From the NCBI GenBank assembly GCA_965644315.1, contig CBFFRQ010000068.1, positions 62,001 to 126,000 on the forward strand: a DNA stretch of 64,000 nt, written 5' to 3'. How positions within the stretch are numbered: the stretch's first letter is position 1; the number at the start of each line of letters is the position of its first letter. The translations under genes were made by a program, and so were the position numbers. The stretch is from Caecitellus pseudoparvulus. Taxonomy: Eukaryota; Protista; Bigyra: Bicosoecida. The notes beneath the pieces were generated by a model. That model was not told the DNA's origin, did not search any database, and saw nothing but the letters and a program-made list of their open reading frames with translations. This document shows positions 1-10,200 of this stretch, in pieces.

Positions 1-1800
1 AAGGATTCGTACGAGACGCACCATGGTGTGCGCATCTTGGACTCCGCTCTCGTCCTGGCAGCCAAGCTGGCCGACAGGTACATCACGAACCGCTTCCAAC
101 CCGACAAGTCCCTGGACCTCGTGGACGAAGCCTGTGCCAGCATTCGAGTGCAGCTGGACTCCCAGCCAGAGCTCATTGATCGCTTGGAGCGGCGCCAGCT
201 GCAGCTGGAGGTGGAAGCCACCGCCCTGGCAGTGGAGAAGGACGCCGGCAGTAAGGACCGCCTGGCCAAGGTGCAGGAGGAGCTAGCATCCGTAAAGGAG
301 CGCCTTGCGCCTCTCCGACTCAAGTATGAGGAGGAGCGCAGCCGAGTGGACAGCGTGCGCAAGCTGCAGCAGAAGCTCGCCGACACGAAGCACAAGCTGG
401 AGGTCGCGCGCCGGGAAGGCAACACAAGCAAGGTTGCAGACCTGCAGTATGGTGCGCTGCCACAGCTGGAGGCAGACCTGGCCCGCATGTCGGCAGCTGC
501 AGCAAAGGAGACGGCCGCCGTGGAGGCGGCGGTGGCAGCGGGAGATGAAAGCGCGGCACCCATGTTGTCGGAGGTAGTCACGCCTGAACACATCGCCACG
601 GTGGTGTCCCGCGCCACAGGCATCCCCCTGTCCAAGATGCTGTCATCTGAGCGCGAACGACTGCTGAACCTGTCGTCGTCGTTGCACGCCCGCGTTGTGG
701 GGCAGGACAGCGCTGTGGATGCGGTTGCGGACGCCATCATGCGCAGCCGCGCTGGCATGTCGGACGCAGGGCGACCCACGGGCAGTTTCTTGTTCCTGGG
801 CCCCACTGGCGTCGGCAAGACTGAGCTAGCCAAGGCACTCGCGTGGGAGCTGTTTGACGATGAAAAGCACATCGTTCGTGTGGACATGAGCGAGTACAAC
901 ACAGAACACACGGTGAGCAGGCTGGTCGGTGCTCCGCCTGGCTATGTCGGCCACGAATCAGGCGGTGCACTCACCGAGGCGGTGCGCCGGCGCCCCTACT
1001 CCCTCGTGCTCCTGGACGAAATCGAGAAAGCCCACCCGCGCGTCATGAACGTGCTGCTGCAAATGCTGGACGACGGGCGGTTGACGGACGGACAGGGACG
1101 CACCGTGGACTTCTCCAGCACGGTCGTCATCATGACGAGCAACTTGGGCGCGCAGCACCTGCTGGAAGACGCCATGCGCCGCCAAGCTGCAGCCCCAACC
1201 TCCAAGCGCCCCCGCAGCTCGGAATCAGGGGACGTCGGCGAGTCCGTGGAAGCTGGCATCTCGCCAGAGACGGAGGAGGCTGTCATGTCGGAAGTGCGTG
1301 CATTCCTCACGCCTGAGCTGCTCAACCGCTTCGACGAGGTGGTCATGTTCCAGTCCCTCACCCGGGCTCACCTGAGAGGCATCCTGCGTCTCCAGGTCAA
1401 GGGCTTGGCGAAGCGCCTGGCAGAGCGACACATCACGCTCACACTTGGGGACGATGCCCTGGACGCCATCATTGCGGCAGTCTACTCCCCAGCTTATGGT
1501 GCACGGCCCCTGCGGCGCTGGATGGAGAAGCACATCGCCACAGCACTTTCACGCCTCATCGTCAGTGGGCAGCTGCCAGATCACAGCACGGTGCATGCCT
1601 CCCTTGCTACCGAAACAGATGGTGCTGCCGCAGCCCCAGACGCTCGTCGAGGCGGGCTTGTCGGGGGCAAGGTCCCGCTTGCCTTTACCGTGGAGCCGGC
1701 AGCCTCTGCTGGAGCTGCAGGGTACAGCTCCCCCATTCCAGCGGACGCAGTTGGGTCCAAGTGGGATGAAGATGGGGACATCACATCCCCCTACCACTAA
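1..1800 (+). CDS. HSP104: Hsp104/Hsp101/ClpB AAA+ disaggregase, 5' partial
   Basis: The frame is open from base 1 (KDSYETHHGVRI). Motifs: RYITNRFQPDKSLDLVDEAC, a coiled-coil middle domain, NBD2 Walker A GPTGVGKT, Walker B LLDEIEKAH, GRLTDGQG, IMTSNLG, PELLNRFD and YGARPLRR. Stop is TAA at 1798-1800. Confidence 0.96.
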   Translation, partial: KDSYETHHGVRILDSALVLAAKLADRYITNRFQPDKSLDLVDEACASIRVQLDSQPELIDRLERRQLQLEVEATALAVEKDAGSKDRLAKVQEELASVKERLAPLRLKYEEERSRVDSVRKLQQKLADTKHKLEVARREGNTSKVADLQYGALPQLEADLARMSAAAAKETAAVEAAVAAGDESAAPMLSEVVTPEHIATVVSRATGIPLSKMLSSERERLLNLSSSLHARVVGQDSAVDAVADAIMRSRAGMSDAGRPTGSFLFLGPTGVGKTELAKALAWELFDDEKHIVRVDMSEYNTEHTVSRLVGAPPGYVGHESGGALTEAVRRRPYSLVLLDEIEKAHPRVMNVLLQMLDDGRLTDGQGRTVDFSSTVVIMTSNLGAQHLLEDAMRRQAAAPTSKRPRSSESGDVGESVEAGISPETEEAVMSEVRAFLTPELLNRFDEVVMFQSLTRAHLRGILRLQVKGLAKRLAERHITLTLGDDALDAIIAAVYSPAYGARPLRRWMEKHIATALSRLIVSGQLPDHSTVHASLATETDGAAAAPDARRGGLVGGKVPLAFTVEPAASAGAAGYSSPIPADAVGSKWDEDGDITSPYH

Positions 1801-1817
1801 GGCGCTGGACCTCATGA

Positions 1818-4001
1818 TTAGCATGTGTCCACGGCCCAGGTCATGTTCGAGCGCTGGAGCCTAGCCTGCTGCAGCACTTGCTCCACTTCGGATCTGGTGA
1901 AGGTGCCAAGCCCTGCATGTGCTGCTGATGCCGTGCCTGCAGCCAAACCAAATGCAAATGCATGCCAACTTGGGAGCGTTGTCCACGCCCATGCCATGCT
2001 CGCTGCAACCGTGTCCCCACACCCTGTCGTGTTGCGCACCGTTCCAGGAGGGAGTAGGTTGTCAATGAAGTAGACAGTCAGGTGAAGCACCAGTGGGGCT
2101 GGTTTGACCCCTTCTGAACTGGCAGAGCCTGGAGCTGGTGCCAGTGCAGGCGCACTGGCACCAGCTCCAGGCTCTGTGTCTTCGGAACGCTGCAGCCACA
2201 GGCCACCTGCGGCGCCGAGCGTGACCCCAATGCCCTGCAAGGACCTGTGCCTCGCCAACAGCGTTCCTGCTGCGAGTATACTGCCCTGCACACTGTCTAG
2301 ACCCATAGGCAGTCCAGGAAAGGCAAGGCGGTGTGCCTCTTCCCCGTTCACTTTCAACACGTGCACTCGCCCTGACCGCAGGAGGGCATCCGAGCAGTGG
2401 GTGCTGTCCATGATGACAGAGCAACGGGGGGCGTCGACCGCCGTCAGAACTTCGTCGTACAGGCCCTCCCCACCTGGAGGTAGAGAGCCCATGCACAGGA
2501 TCACCTGGTGATCCCTCGCTTCGCCGCTGTCGCCCTGGAGTTCTGCTTGAGCGCATGAAGAGAGCGCACTTCGCAGCCGCGCCGAAATGGCAGGGCTTGG
2601 ACCAACGATTTCAGTGCACACCGGCGGGTCACTACTGATCAGTGTCGTGCACACTCGGGTGTCACCCTCGCTCGTCTCTGCCACCACGGAGCGCACTTGA
2701 ACGTGTTTGGGCAGGGCCTGTGCCCACTGTTGCAACTGCTGCCCGTGCACGCCACCGCCCACCCACTGCACCAAAGTACAGGGAAGGCAGCCCCACCTCC
2801 CCAGAGCGCCCAGAACCACTGCAGCACCTTGGCCCTTTCCGCCTGCGCATTCTTGCCATGCCGTCGCTCGGTTCACGCTTCCTGTGGCCAGACTCGAAGG
2901 CATCTGGGCAGCTTGTTGCCATGCCGGGTTGAACCCCAGAACTGTGACGCTGCCGGCACCACTGGGCAGGCTCGCCGGGAAGGCAGTGGGTGGCAAGGAG
3001 ACTGCGTGCCACTTCCCAACCGACCAACAGGGGCATGTGGATGATCCTCCCTCCATGCCCAGCGTCAAGGTTGCTGCGGTGGGGGTGCAGTATGCCGAGG
3101 ACCAGTTCATGGCGTCCACCTGCTGCCACCGTGCTTGGGCGTCTGCCTTGGGGACCCCCCCTGCAGTCTTGCGGGCCACAACACGATCGCAGCAAGTAGT
3201 GGAAGGCACCCACAAGCTCCAAGTCGCATCAAGCGTCTGAGATACCAGCGCCCAGCGATCTGCATCTGCAGCCTGCCCCTGACCCCGCAGCAAGTGCAGC
3301 CCTTCAACGAACACAAGAAAGGACGTCCCAGGCACTTTGACGCCAGCAGGGACAGGATCATGCAAGGCTCGATCGTACACTGGCAGGAGCACATCCTCAT
3401 GACCTCCACTGCGGAGCTGCTGCAGTGCTTGGCCCATGGCCTCGGCGTCGATGCTGGCCGGCTGGCCCTTGATGTCGCGCAGGGTGCCCTCGCCGCCAGG
3501 AGCGGGCGTAGTGTCCAGGGCACTGTTGGGAAAATGCCATGCATCCATGCTCACCGCCACAGCGATTCCTGCTTCGCCCTTGCTGGGCAGCGTCGCTCCA
3601 GGGCCAGCGCCAGCACTTTGCTCTGACAGCTCAGCACCAGCTGCATGTGCACTCTGCTGGACGCCCCACCATGACCTTCCGAGTGCATTGGCAAGATCCC
3701 GAAGGATGGCTGCCAATGTGCTCTTGCCAGCCCCACCTCCTCCTACGATCCCGATCAGTGTCCGTCGACCACTGTGCCCACCAGCGCCGCTCGCAGCCAG
3801 AATCTCCCGAGCAGCACAGAGCAGAGGCGTGTAGAGCGCCTGCACTGCCCGCCAAGACAGCGAGGTCGAACACTCCAGGCCAGCGACAGTGCCCTTCCAT
3901 GTCAACTCAAGGGTGCTCTCTGGACACGCGACGAAGGGCCCTGCTGCACGAGCAGCTTCCCACACCAAAGCAGCGTCTGAGCCCGCGGAAATTGAAGCCA
4001 T
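1818..4001 (-). CDS. Fusion of an N-terminal P-loop kinase (YggC/FrcK/Yfh7, pantothenate/uridine-kinase-like) and a C-terminal PfkB-family sugar kinase (1-phosphofructokinase/LacC-like)
   Basis: N-half: IGIVGGGGAGKST, SMDAWH, LPVYDRALHDP, VFVEGLHLL. C-half: TVLGFNPAW, GGKGQGAA, TRVCTTL, GSLPPG, LKVNGEEA, VTLGAAG, NTTGCGD (PfkB anion-hole GxGD). Single 727-aa ORF. Confidence 0.82.
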   Translation of the reverse strand: MASISAGSDAALVWEAARAAGPFVACPESTLELTWKGTVAGLECSTSLSWRAVQALYTPLLCAAREILAASGAGGHSGRRTLIGIVGGGGAGKSTLAAILRDLANALGRSWWGVQQSAHAAGAELSEQSAGAGPGATLPSKGEAGIAVAVSMDAWHFPNSALDTTPAPGGEGTLRDIKGQPASIDAEAMGQALQQLRSGGHEDVLLPVYDRALHDPVPAGVKVPGTSFLVFVEGLHLLRGQGQAADADRWALVSQTLDATWSLWVPSTTCCDRVVARKTAGGVPKADAQARWQQVDAMNWSSAYCTPTAATLTLGMEGGSSTCPCWSVGKWHAVSLPPTAFPASLPSGAGSVTVLGFNPAWQQAAQMPSSLATGSVNRATAWQECAGGKGQGAAVVLGALGRWGCLPCTLVQWVGGGVHGQQLQQWAQALPKHVQVRSVVAETSEGDTRVCTTLISSDPPVCTEIVGPSPAISARLRSALSSCAQAELQGDSGEARDHQVILCMGSLPPGGEGLYDEVLTAVDAPRCSVIMDSTHCSDALLRSGRVHVLKVNGEEAHRLAFPGLPMGLDSVQGSILAAGTLLARHRSLQGIGVTLGAAGGLWLQRSEDTEPGAGASAPALAPAPGSASSEGVKPAPLVLHLTVYFIDNLLPPGTVRNTTGCGDTVAASMAWAWTTLPSWHAFAFGLAAGTASAAHAGLGTFTRSEVEQVLQQARLQRSNMTWAVDTC

Positions 4002-4186
4002 GCTCGTCAGCTGAAGAGCAACTGATCATCGGCATATCCGAGAGGGGGGCAAATAAATAATCAACCCAAATGACCTCCAGGTCCTCGTTATTGCCTTGAA
4101 AAGTGCCCCGTCCCTCGCTTGCTGCTCCACAGCCCCACAGCCTCGTCAACGGGAGGCAACATCAGCAAGCATCAACCCACCACGCC
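4002..4186. promoter_or_regulatory. Probable bidirectional promoter (kinase fusion / glycogen phosphorylase)
   Basis: 185-bp spacer between divergent ATGs. It contains an AT-rich patch (AAATAAATAAT at 4051) and is flanked by GCGGAAATTG at 3985-3994. Confidence 0.5.
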
Positions 4187-7100
4187 ATGGCTGCTGCCAG
4201 CTCAGAGGGCACAGGCGTGGGCCTCAAACATCGAACCGCAAGCTTCAGCTCCCTCACAGAAGGTGAGGGCAGGTGCCTGTACCTTGTGCATGCTGCACGC
4301 GGCTCCCTCACCGACGTGCTTCCTTCAAGTTGCCACAGGCCACCTCAGAGCAGGCTCTGTTGCTTCGTCAGGAGATGGAGACCTGATCAGCGACGCCACG
4401 CGCTCCAAGCTCTGGGAACTCATGGCAACCTACCTCCCTTCGGGTGCGTGCGCTCAGTGGGCATTTAGGCGGCGCTGGGTCGGCGTTGTCAGCGAGCCTG
4501 TGCGCCACCAGCCGCCAACTTTTCTGTGCAGACAAGCACAGCCTGCAACGCAGCATCGCGAACCACGTGGAGTATACGCTGGCTGGTACGCGCTTCAACA
4601 TCGACACTGAAAAGGCGTATGCGGCAGCGGCGCACAGCGTGCGTGACCGCCTCATGGAGTCCTTCAACGACACCAACGCGCACTGGGATGAAGTGCAGCC
4701 CAAGCGAGGGTACTATCTCAGCATGGAGTACCTCATGGGGCGCTACTTGCACAACGCCCTGCTGAACATGGACTTGGAAGAGCCTTTTCGTGAGGCGGTG
4801 CGAGAGCTGGGCTTCACGCTGGAGGAACTGCTGACGCAGGAGCCTGACCCAGCCCTGGGCAATGGCGGGCTGGGCCGGCTCGCCGCCTGCTTCCTGGACT
4901 CCATGGCCACACTGGACCTGCCAGCGTGGGGCTACGGTCTGCGGTACACCTACGGCATCTTCAGGCAGCACATTAACCAGGCTGGCGAGCAGTGTGAGCT
5001 GCCCGACCGGTGGCTCACCTTCGTGAATCCGTGGGAGGTGGAGCGCCCTGACGTCTCGTATCCAGTGCGCTTTTACGGCAGTGTGGCGGCGTCTAGCACT
5101 GCCGAAGGCGGCACTTGCTGGACCTGGAGTGGGGGGGAGTGCGTTCTGGCAGTTGCGTATGACAACCCCATCCCTGGCTTCTCCACGTGGAACGTCATTA
5201 ACCTGCGGCTGTGGGGTGCGCTGCCTGCGCACGAGTTTGACCTGCAGTCCTTCAATTCCGGCGACTACATGAAGGCCGTGGAAGCCAAGCAGCGAGCAGA
5301 AACCATCACGTCAGTGCTGTACCCTGCAGATTCGCACTTGCTGGGGAAGGAGCTGCGCCTGAAGCAGCAGTACTTCCTCGTCAGTGCGACGCTGCAGGAT
5401 ATCCTGCGGCGCTTCAAAAAGGTGCCTGGCAGACCTTGGTCAGCCCTGCCCGACCTCGCAGCTATCCAGCTGAATGACACACACCCAAGCCTGAGCATCC
5501 CCGAGCTCATGCGCTTGCTCATGGACGTGCACAGCCTGGGCTGGGACGAAGCTTGGGACATCGTCACCCGCACCTTCTCCTACACAAACCACACCCTGCT
5601 GCCAGAGGCCCTGGAGAAGTGGTCTGTGGACTTGCTGCAGCACCTGCTGCCGAGGCATCTGCAAATCATCTACGAGATCAACTCACGCTGGCTGGACACC
5701 GTGCAGGCAGCCTTCCCCGGTGACACTGCACTGGTGCAGTCCCTGTCCTTGGTGCAGGAGGGCGACCACAAGGCCATCCGCATGGCGCACCTGTCTGTGG
5801 TGGGCAGCCACACGGTGAATGGCGTCGCGGCCATTCACTCGCAGCTGCTCAAGTCGCTGGTGTTCGCAGACTTCGTCAAGGTGCTGGGCCCCGGGAAGTT
5901 CATCAACGTCACCAACGGCGTCACTCCGCGCCGCTGGATCCACCAGGCAAACCCGGCCCTGGCGCACTTGATCACGGAGACTCTGGGAAGCGATGCGTGG
6001 GTGCAGGACCTCTCCTGCCTCAAGGGCCTCCGGGAACGGGCGAAGGATGCCGAGCTGCAGAAGAAGTGGAGCGACGTGAAGGCTGAAGCGAAGGTGCACC
6101 TGGCCGCCCTCATCCAGCACGCGACAGGCGTGGAGGTGAACCCCGGTGCTCTCTTCGACATCCAAGTGAAGCGCATCCACGAGTACAAGCGCCAGCTCAT
6201 GAACGCGCTGGGCGTCTGGCACAGGTACCGCTTCCTGAAGCGCCTGTCGAAGGAGGCGCGAGGCAAGGTGCAGGGGCGGGTGTTCGTGTTTGCTGGCAAG
6301 GCCGCACCGGGCTACGCCATGGCGAAGCGCATCATCAAGATGCTGAATTGCATGGCCAGACACATCAATGGGGACCCCGACACCGCTCCGTGGTTGAAAC
6401 TCATCTTCATCCCCAACTACAACGTCAGCGTGGCTGAGGTCATCATCCCCGCCAGTGACGTCTCCGAGCACATTTCCACCGCAGGCACCGAAGCCAGTGG
6501 CACCAGCAACATGAAGTTCGCCATGAACGGCGGGCTCATCATCGGCACCAAGGATGGCGCCAACATCGAGATCGCTGCTGAAATCGGCGACGAGCACATG
6601 TTCACATTCGGCGCGGAGGCGCACGACGTGCCTGCCCTGCAAGGCAGCCTGCCCTTTGTGTCGACGGAGGACTCCGTGCGCCTGCACTACGAGGTGCAGG
6701 TGGTGCTGGACGACCTTCGGTCTGCAGTGGGGGACGCCACTGTCACCTATGGCCCCCACGCATGCAGCACTGCGTCCGAGGGGGCCGCCGCCGCACATGC
6801 GCGGTACCTGGCAGGACCGCCTGCTGCAGGTGGCGGCACATGGAGCATCCCCCCCGTCGCCCACGGCAGTGACTTGCCCGCGGGTGCTGCGCTGCGGGGT
6901 GTCTTTGGCTCCGATGACGATGTTCGAGCCATTCTGGGCAGCGTGGTGGGCGACCGGGACCAGTACTTGGTGAAACACGACTTCGCAGAGTACCTGCAGG
7001 CCCAAGCAAGGGTGGATGCGGCATTCAACTCCAAGGCGCAGTGGGAGTACAGCAGCATCATGTCCACGGCAGGCATGGGCTTCTTCAGCACTGACCGTAC

Positions 7101-7206
7101 CATCAGCCAGTACGCCCGCGAAGTGTGGGGCCTGGTGCCCTGCAAGCGCCCAGCGCCGACCGGCACACTGTCAGACTTGGAGGCTGATGAAGTCACTGAA
7201 GGTTGA
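4187..7206 (+). CDS. GPH1: Glycogen/alpha-1,4-glucan phosphorylase (GT35)
   Basis: join(4187..4262,4339..4443,4532..7206), with phase-consistent GT-AG introns at 4263-4338 and 4444-4531. Motifs: YYLSMEYLMGR, ALGNGGLGRLAACFLDS, IQLNDTHP, YTNHTLLPEALE, NVTNGVTPRRW, VKRIHEYKRQ, and the PLP lysine motif EASGTSNMKF. Confidence 0.96.
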
Positions 7207-7237
7207 CAGACGTGGGTTAAATGCATGACACTACATT

Positions 7238-10200
7238 TCAAGACGACCTGGTGGTGCCCCTCACGCGACGGGGCCGCCGGGAACCGCCATGCGGCGGCGG
7301 TGCACGCAGGCTCGCCAGCTCGGCTTGCGCGATGTGCCGGGGAGACTGCATGCCCGCCAGGCGTGGCCTCCGCGCATGCGGTAGTCCAGACAAGGCGGCG
7401 TGCGGCGACAGGGGTGGTACCCCGTACACATCTGCCGGTGTGGTGGCTCGGGAAGAGGTGCCGAAGCCAACCACAGCCCGGGGTGCCTGCACCACCTCAT
7501 CAGCAGCCGCCTCCACGCGAGAGCTCGTGCTGCGGCCCAGCTGCCCCACATGGCGACCTGAACGAGTCATCTCCTTCAATGCTGCAGCCTCCCGAGCAGG
7601 GTGGGGCGTGTTCTGGCTCGCGTCCAGGGAGCTAGTGAACAAGACGTGGCCCCCGGCGCCGCGCACCGTGTGGGCCTCTGTGTGGCGCTGCGCAGCTTGC
7701 CCCGGCCCGCCAAAGGCAAGGGTGGGCATGGGCAAGATGCCTGCATCCTGTGCGACCTCCAGGCCATCCGCTGGCGCTTTGCGGAAGACGTGCTTGACCA
7801 CCGCCCGCGCGCTACGCCGCGCTGCGCTGTCCGGCAGGCCTTGCGGAATGCCCAGCGCTCGTCGGTCTTCAGGGCTTACCGGCTTCTGTTCGGTGCTGGC
7901 TACTTCCCTTGGGGGGGGCGTGCCAATGGCTCGCAAGATTGGGGACTGCATACCCCCACCCGCCGATGCGCGGTGCGACATGCTGCGGGCGGTGACACGG
8001 GGAGCTGACCGACTGCGTACAGGCCCCCGGGAGTAACGTGGGGCTCCGTCACTGCCGTGCACTGCCTGCCGTGCAGCACCAGTGCTGAGCGCCCGCCTAG
8101 ACCTGCCGCTGTCCACACTGGCTGCCCTTGCCCGCGCGGTGCCCTGCGTACCTGACGCCCGGGAAGCCTTGCGCCCTGACCGAACGAGGCGCCCCGTGGC
8201 TTGCCCGCTGCGACTGGCTTGTGTCTGGCGCGGCCCAACAGGCGCCCCTCCTGGCCTGCTGGCGCGCCCCATGCCCAGGGTCTCTCGGCGCCGCAGCGCT
8301 GCCGTGCTCCACCCGAGGTTGCCGTCAGCATCCACCACCATCATGCCGCTGGAGGTCTGCGCTTGCTTGGCCCCTGGCGTGCGCAGTGCTGCAGCAGCGC
8401 TTGCCAGAGCGGCCTTGTTCACGACCTGGCTGCTGCCAGCAGGCATGTGGCGCCGGGTCTTGTACGTGTCGTACCTGCCTCCTCCAAACACGGCGGAGGC
8501 TGGCACCGTCGGCGGTGGTGCGCGCGGCTTGGCAGCTGCCGCTTCCATGCCCCCTCGGCCAGTGTTCTCCAAGCACACTTCCACGCCTGAGGTGCGGCTT
8601 CGGCCCTGGACAGTGTGCCCCGCGGAGGCTTGGGGAGAGGGCGGATCTGGGGCGTCTGCTTTCGTCTCTGCACGCCTCCCCTGCACCAGCTCGGCCTCCA
8701 CCTTGCTCTCGAAGGCCAAGCCCACAGGCGCCTGTGCAGCAGGCGCGCTAGCCCGCAGTAGCGACGCGCGCTTCCGAGCCGCAGCCCGCCTGGCCTGTCG
8801 CTCCAGTTTGTCCTGCAGCGCAGCTGCGTCTTGCTCTGCCTGCCACTGGGCTGCACGTGCTGCCTCCTCAGCAGCTTCCTTCTGGGCCAGGGACGCCCCT
8901 GTCACATTGACAGCGGTCGCTGCACCGTACCTGCGGCGGAACAGAGCCACGCTGCCTTGCGTTGGGTCGCTGCCCACACGTGGGGGGCGACTGCGAGGGC
9001 CGGGGGACATGGGGGAGGTGGGGGACTGCGACACGGCGGCCTTGGAGGCACCAGCTTGCACAGCCCTGCGCACCGCCGACGCATCAACACCCGTGTATGA
9101 CGGCTCGGCAGGCGCTTTCCTGGTGGCCGCCTTGGCGGGCGTGCGAGGGGCAGCGTGCCCTTCCGCAGGAAGTGTCTTCTGTGCCTCCTTATCTGCCTGG
9201 ACACTTGGAGATCGCGTCTTGGCCGGAGAGCGGCTTTTCTTTGCTTGTGGGGCCGCTGCTGGTGCCTTGCTGGCTGGCGCGGCAGCTGCAGGTGCTGCCG
9301 TGCAGCTGGCAGAGCTGGGTTCGGCAGGGGAGTGTGGCTTGCCCCCCGCCCGCTCGTCGGCCGGGGCAGGCACAGGAGCAGTTCTTACATCCTTCTTCTG
9401 TGCGGTTTGACTGCTTGTCTTGGCTTGCGCCTGCACAGGTGCCGCTGCCTTGGAGCCAGCCGGTGAGGGGCGAGGTGAGCTTGGTTGCCGCGGCACCGAG
9501 TGGCCACTCGCTTGCATGAACTTCGCCAGGCGAGGGTGCTGCAAGACAGCGTCGTGTGAAATGGGAGCGTCGCTGCCTTGAGCAAGGTTGTCCTTCGGAG
9601 CAAACAGTGCGGGCTGCTTCGCTGCCGGCGACGGGCGCGAGCCACCCTGGGCAGGAGAGGGTCGCTTTGCATCCCGGCCGCTGCTCCGAGCGCGTTTGAG
9701 GCCCTCGCTGATGCGGGACTCCACCCTGTGCAGCACCTCTGCAGCGGACCCTGCCGCCACACCGCTGGGCGTGATGCTGGCAGGGCTCAGTGCCGCTTTG
9801 GGGGGTGCAGGGGAGTGGCCTGCAGGCAGCTGCCGCGCACGTGCAGGAGGAGGGTGGTCCTGGCCCTGTGAAGACGTTGGCAGTGTCACGTCTGGTGGCA
9901 CGGGGCTGCTACGCTCCTCAGAGTGCGCCTTGGGGGCAGGAGCCAGCACGGTGCCGGGCGGTGTGGGGCGCCCCTCCACCACAGCTGACAGGGTGGCGAT
10001 CTCCCCCTGCACGCGCTGCACCAGGGCGTCTAGTGCTGCGTCTATCACTGGAGCACCAACCAGTGCAGATGGAAGCGCCTCTGCCAGAGGATCCTGGGCT
10101 CGTTGCTTGTGCAAAGAGATGGCTTCCCCCAGCTTGTTGTGTGCAGCCAAGGCCGCCTGCCCAGGACTGCCAGGCGGCGGCGCCGGGCTGCCACGATGCA

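Noticed and set aside
6724-6894. Phosphorylase insertion as an intein or intron
   Set aside because: It is too short for an intein and lacks the terminal His-Asn. There is no suitably placed AG acceptor before the resumed GVFG. Treated as a loop insertion.
5683-7005. Long antisense ORFs (e.g. 5683..7005, 8082..9410, 42478..43767, 47309..49357)
   Set aside because: They are expected from high GC and codon bias opposite real genes, and show no recognisable motifs.
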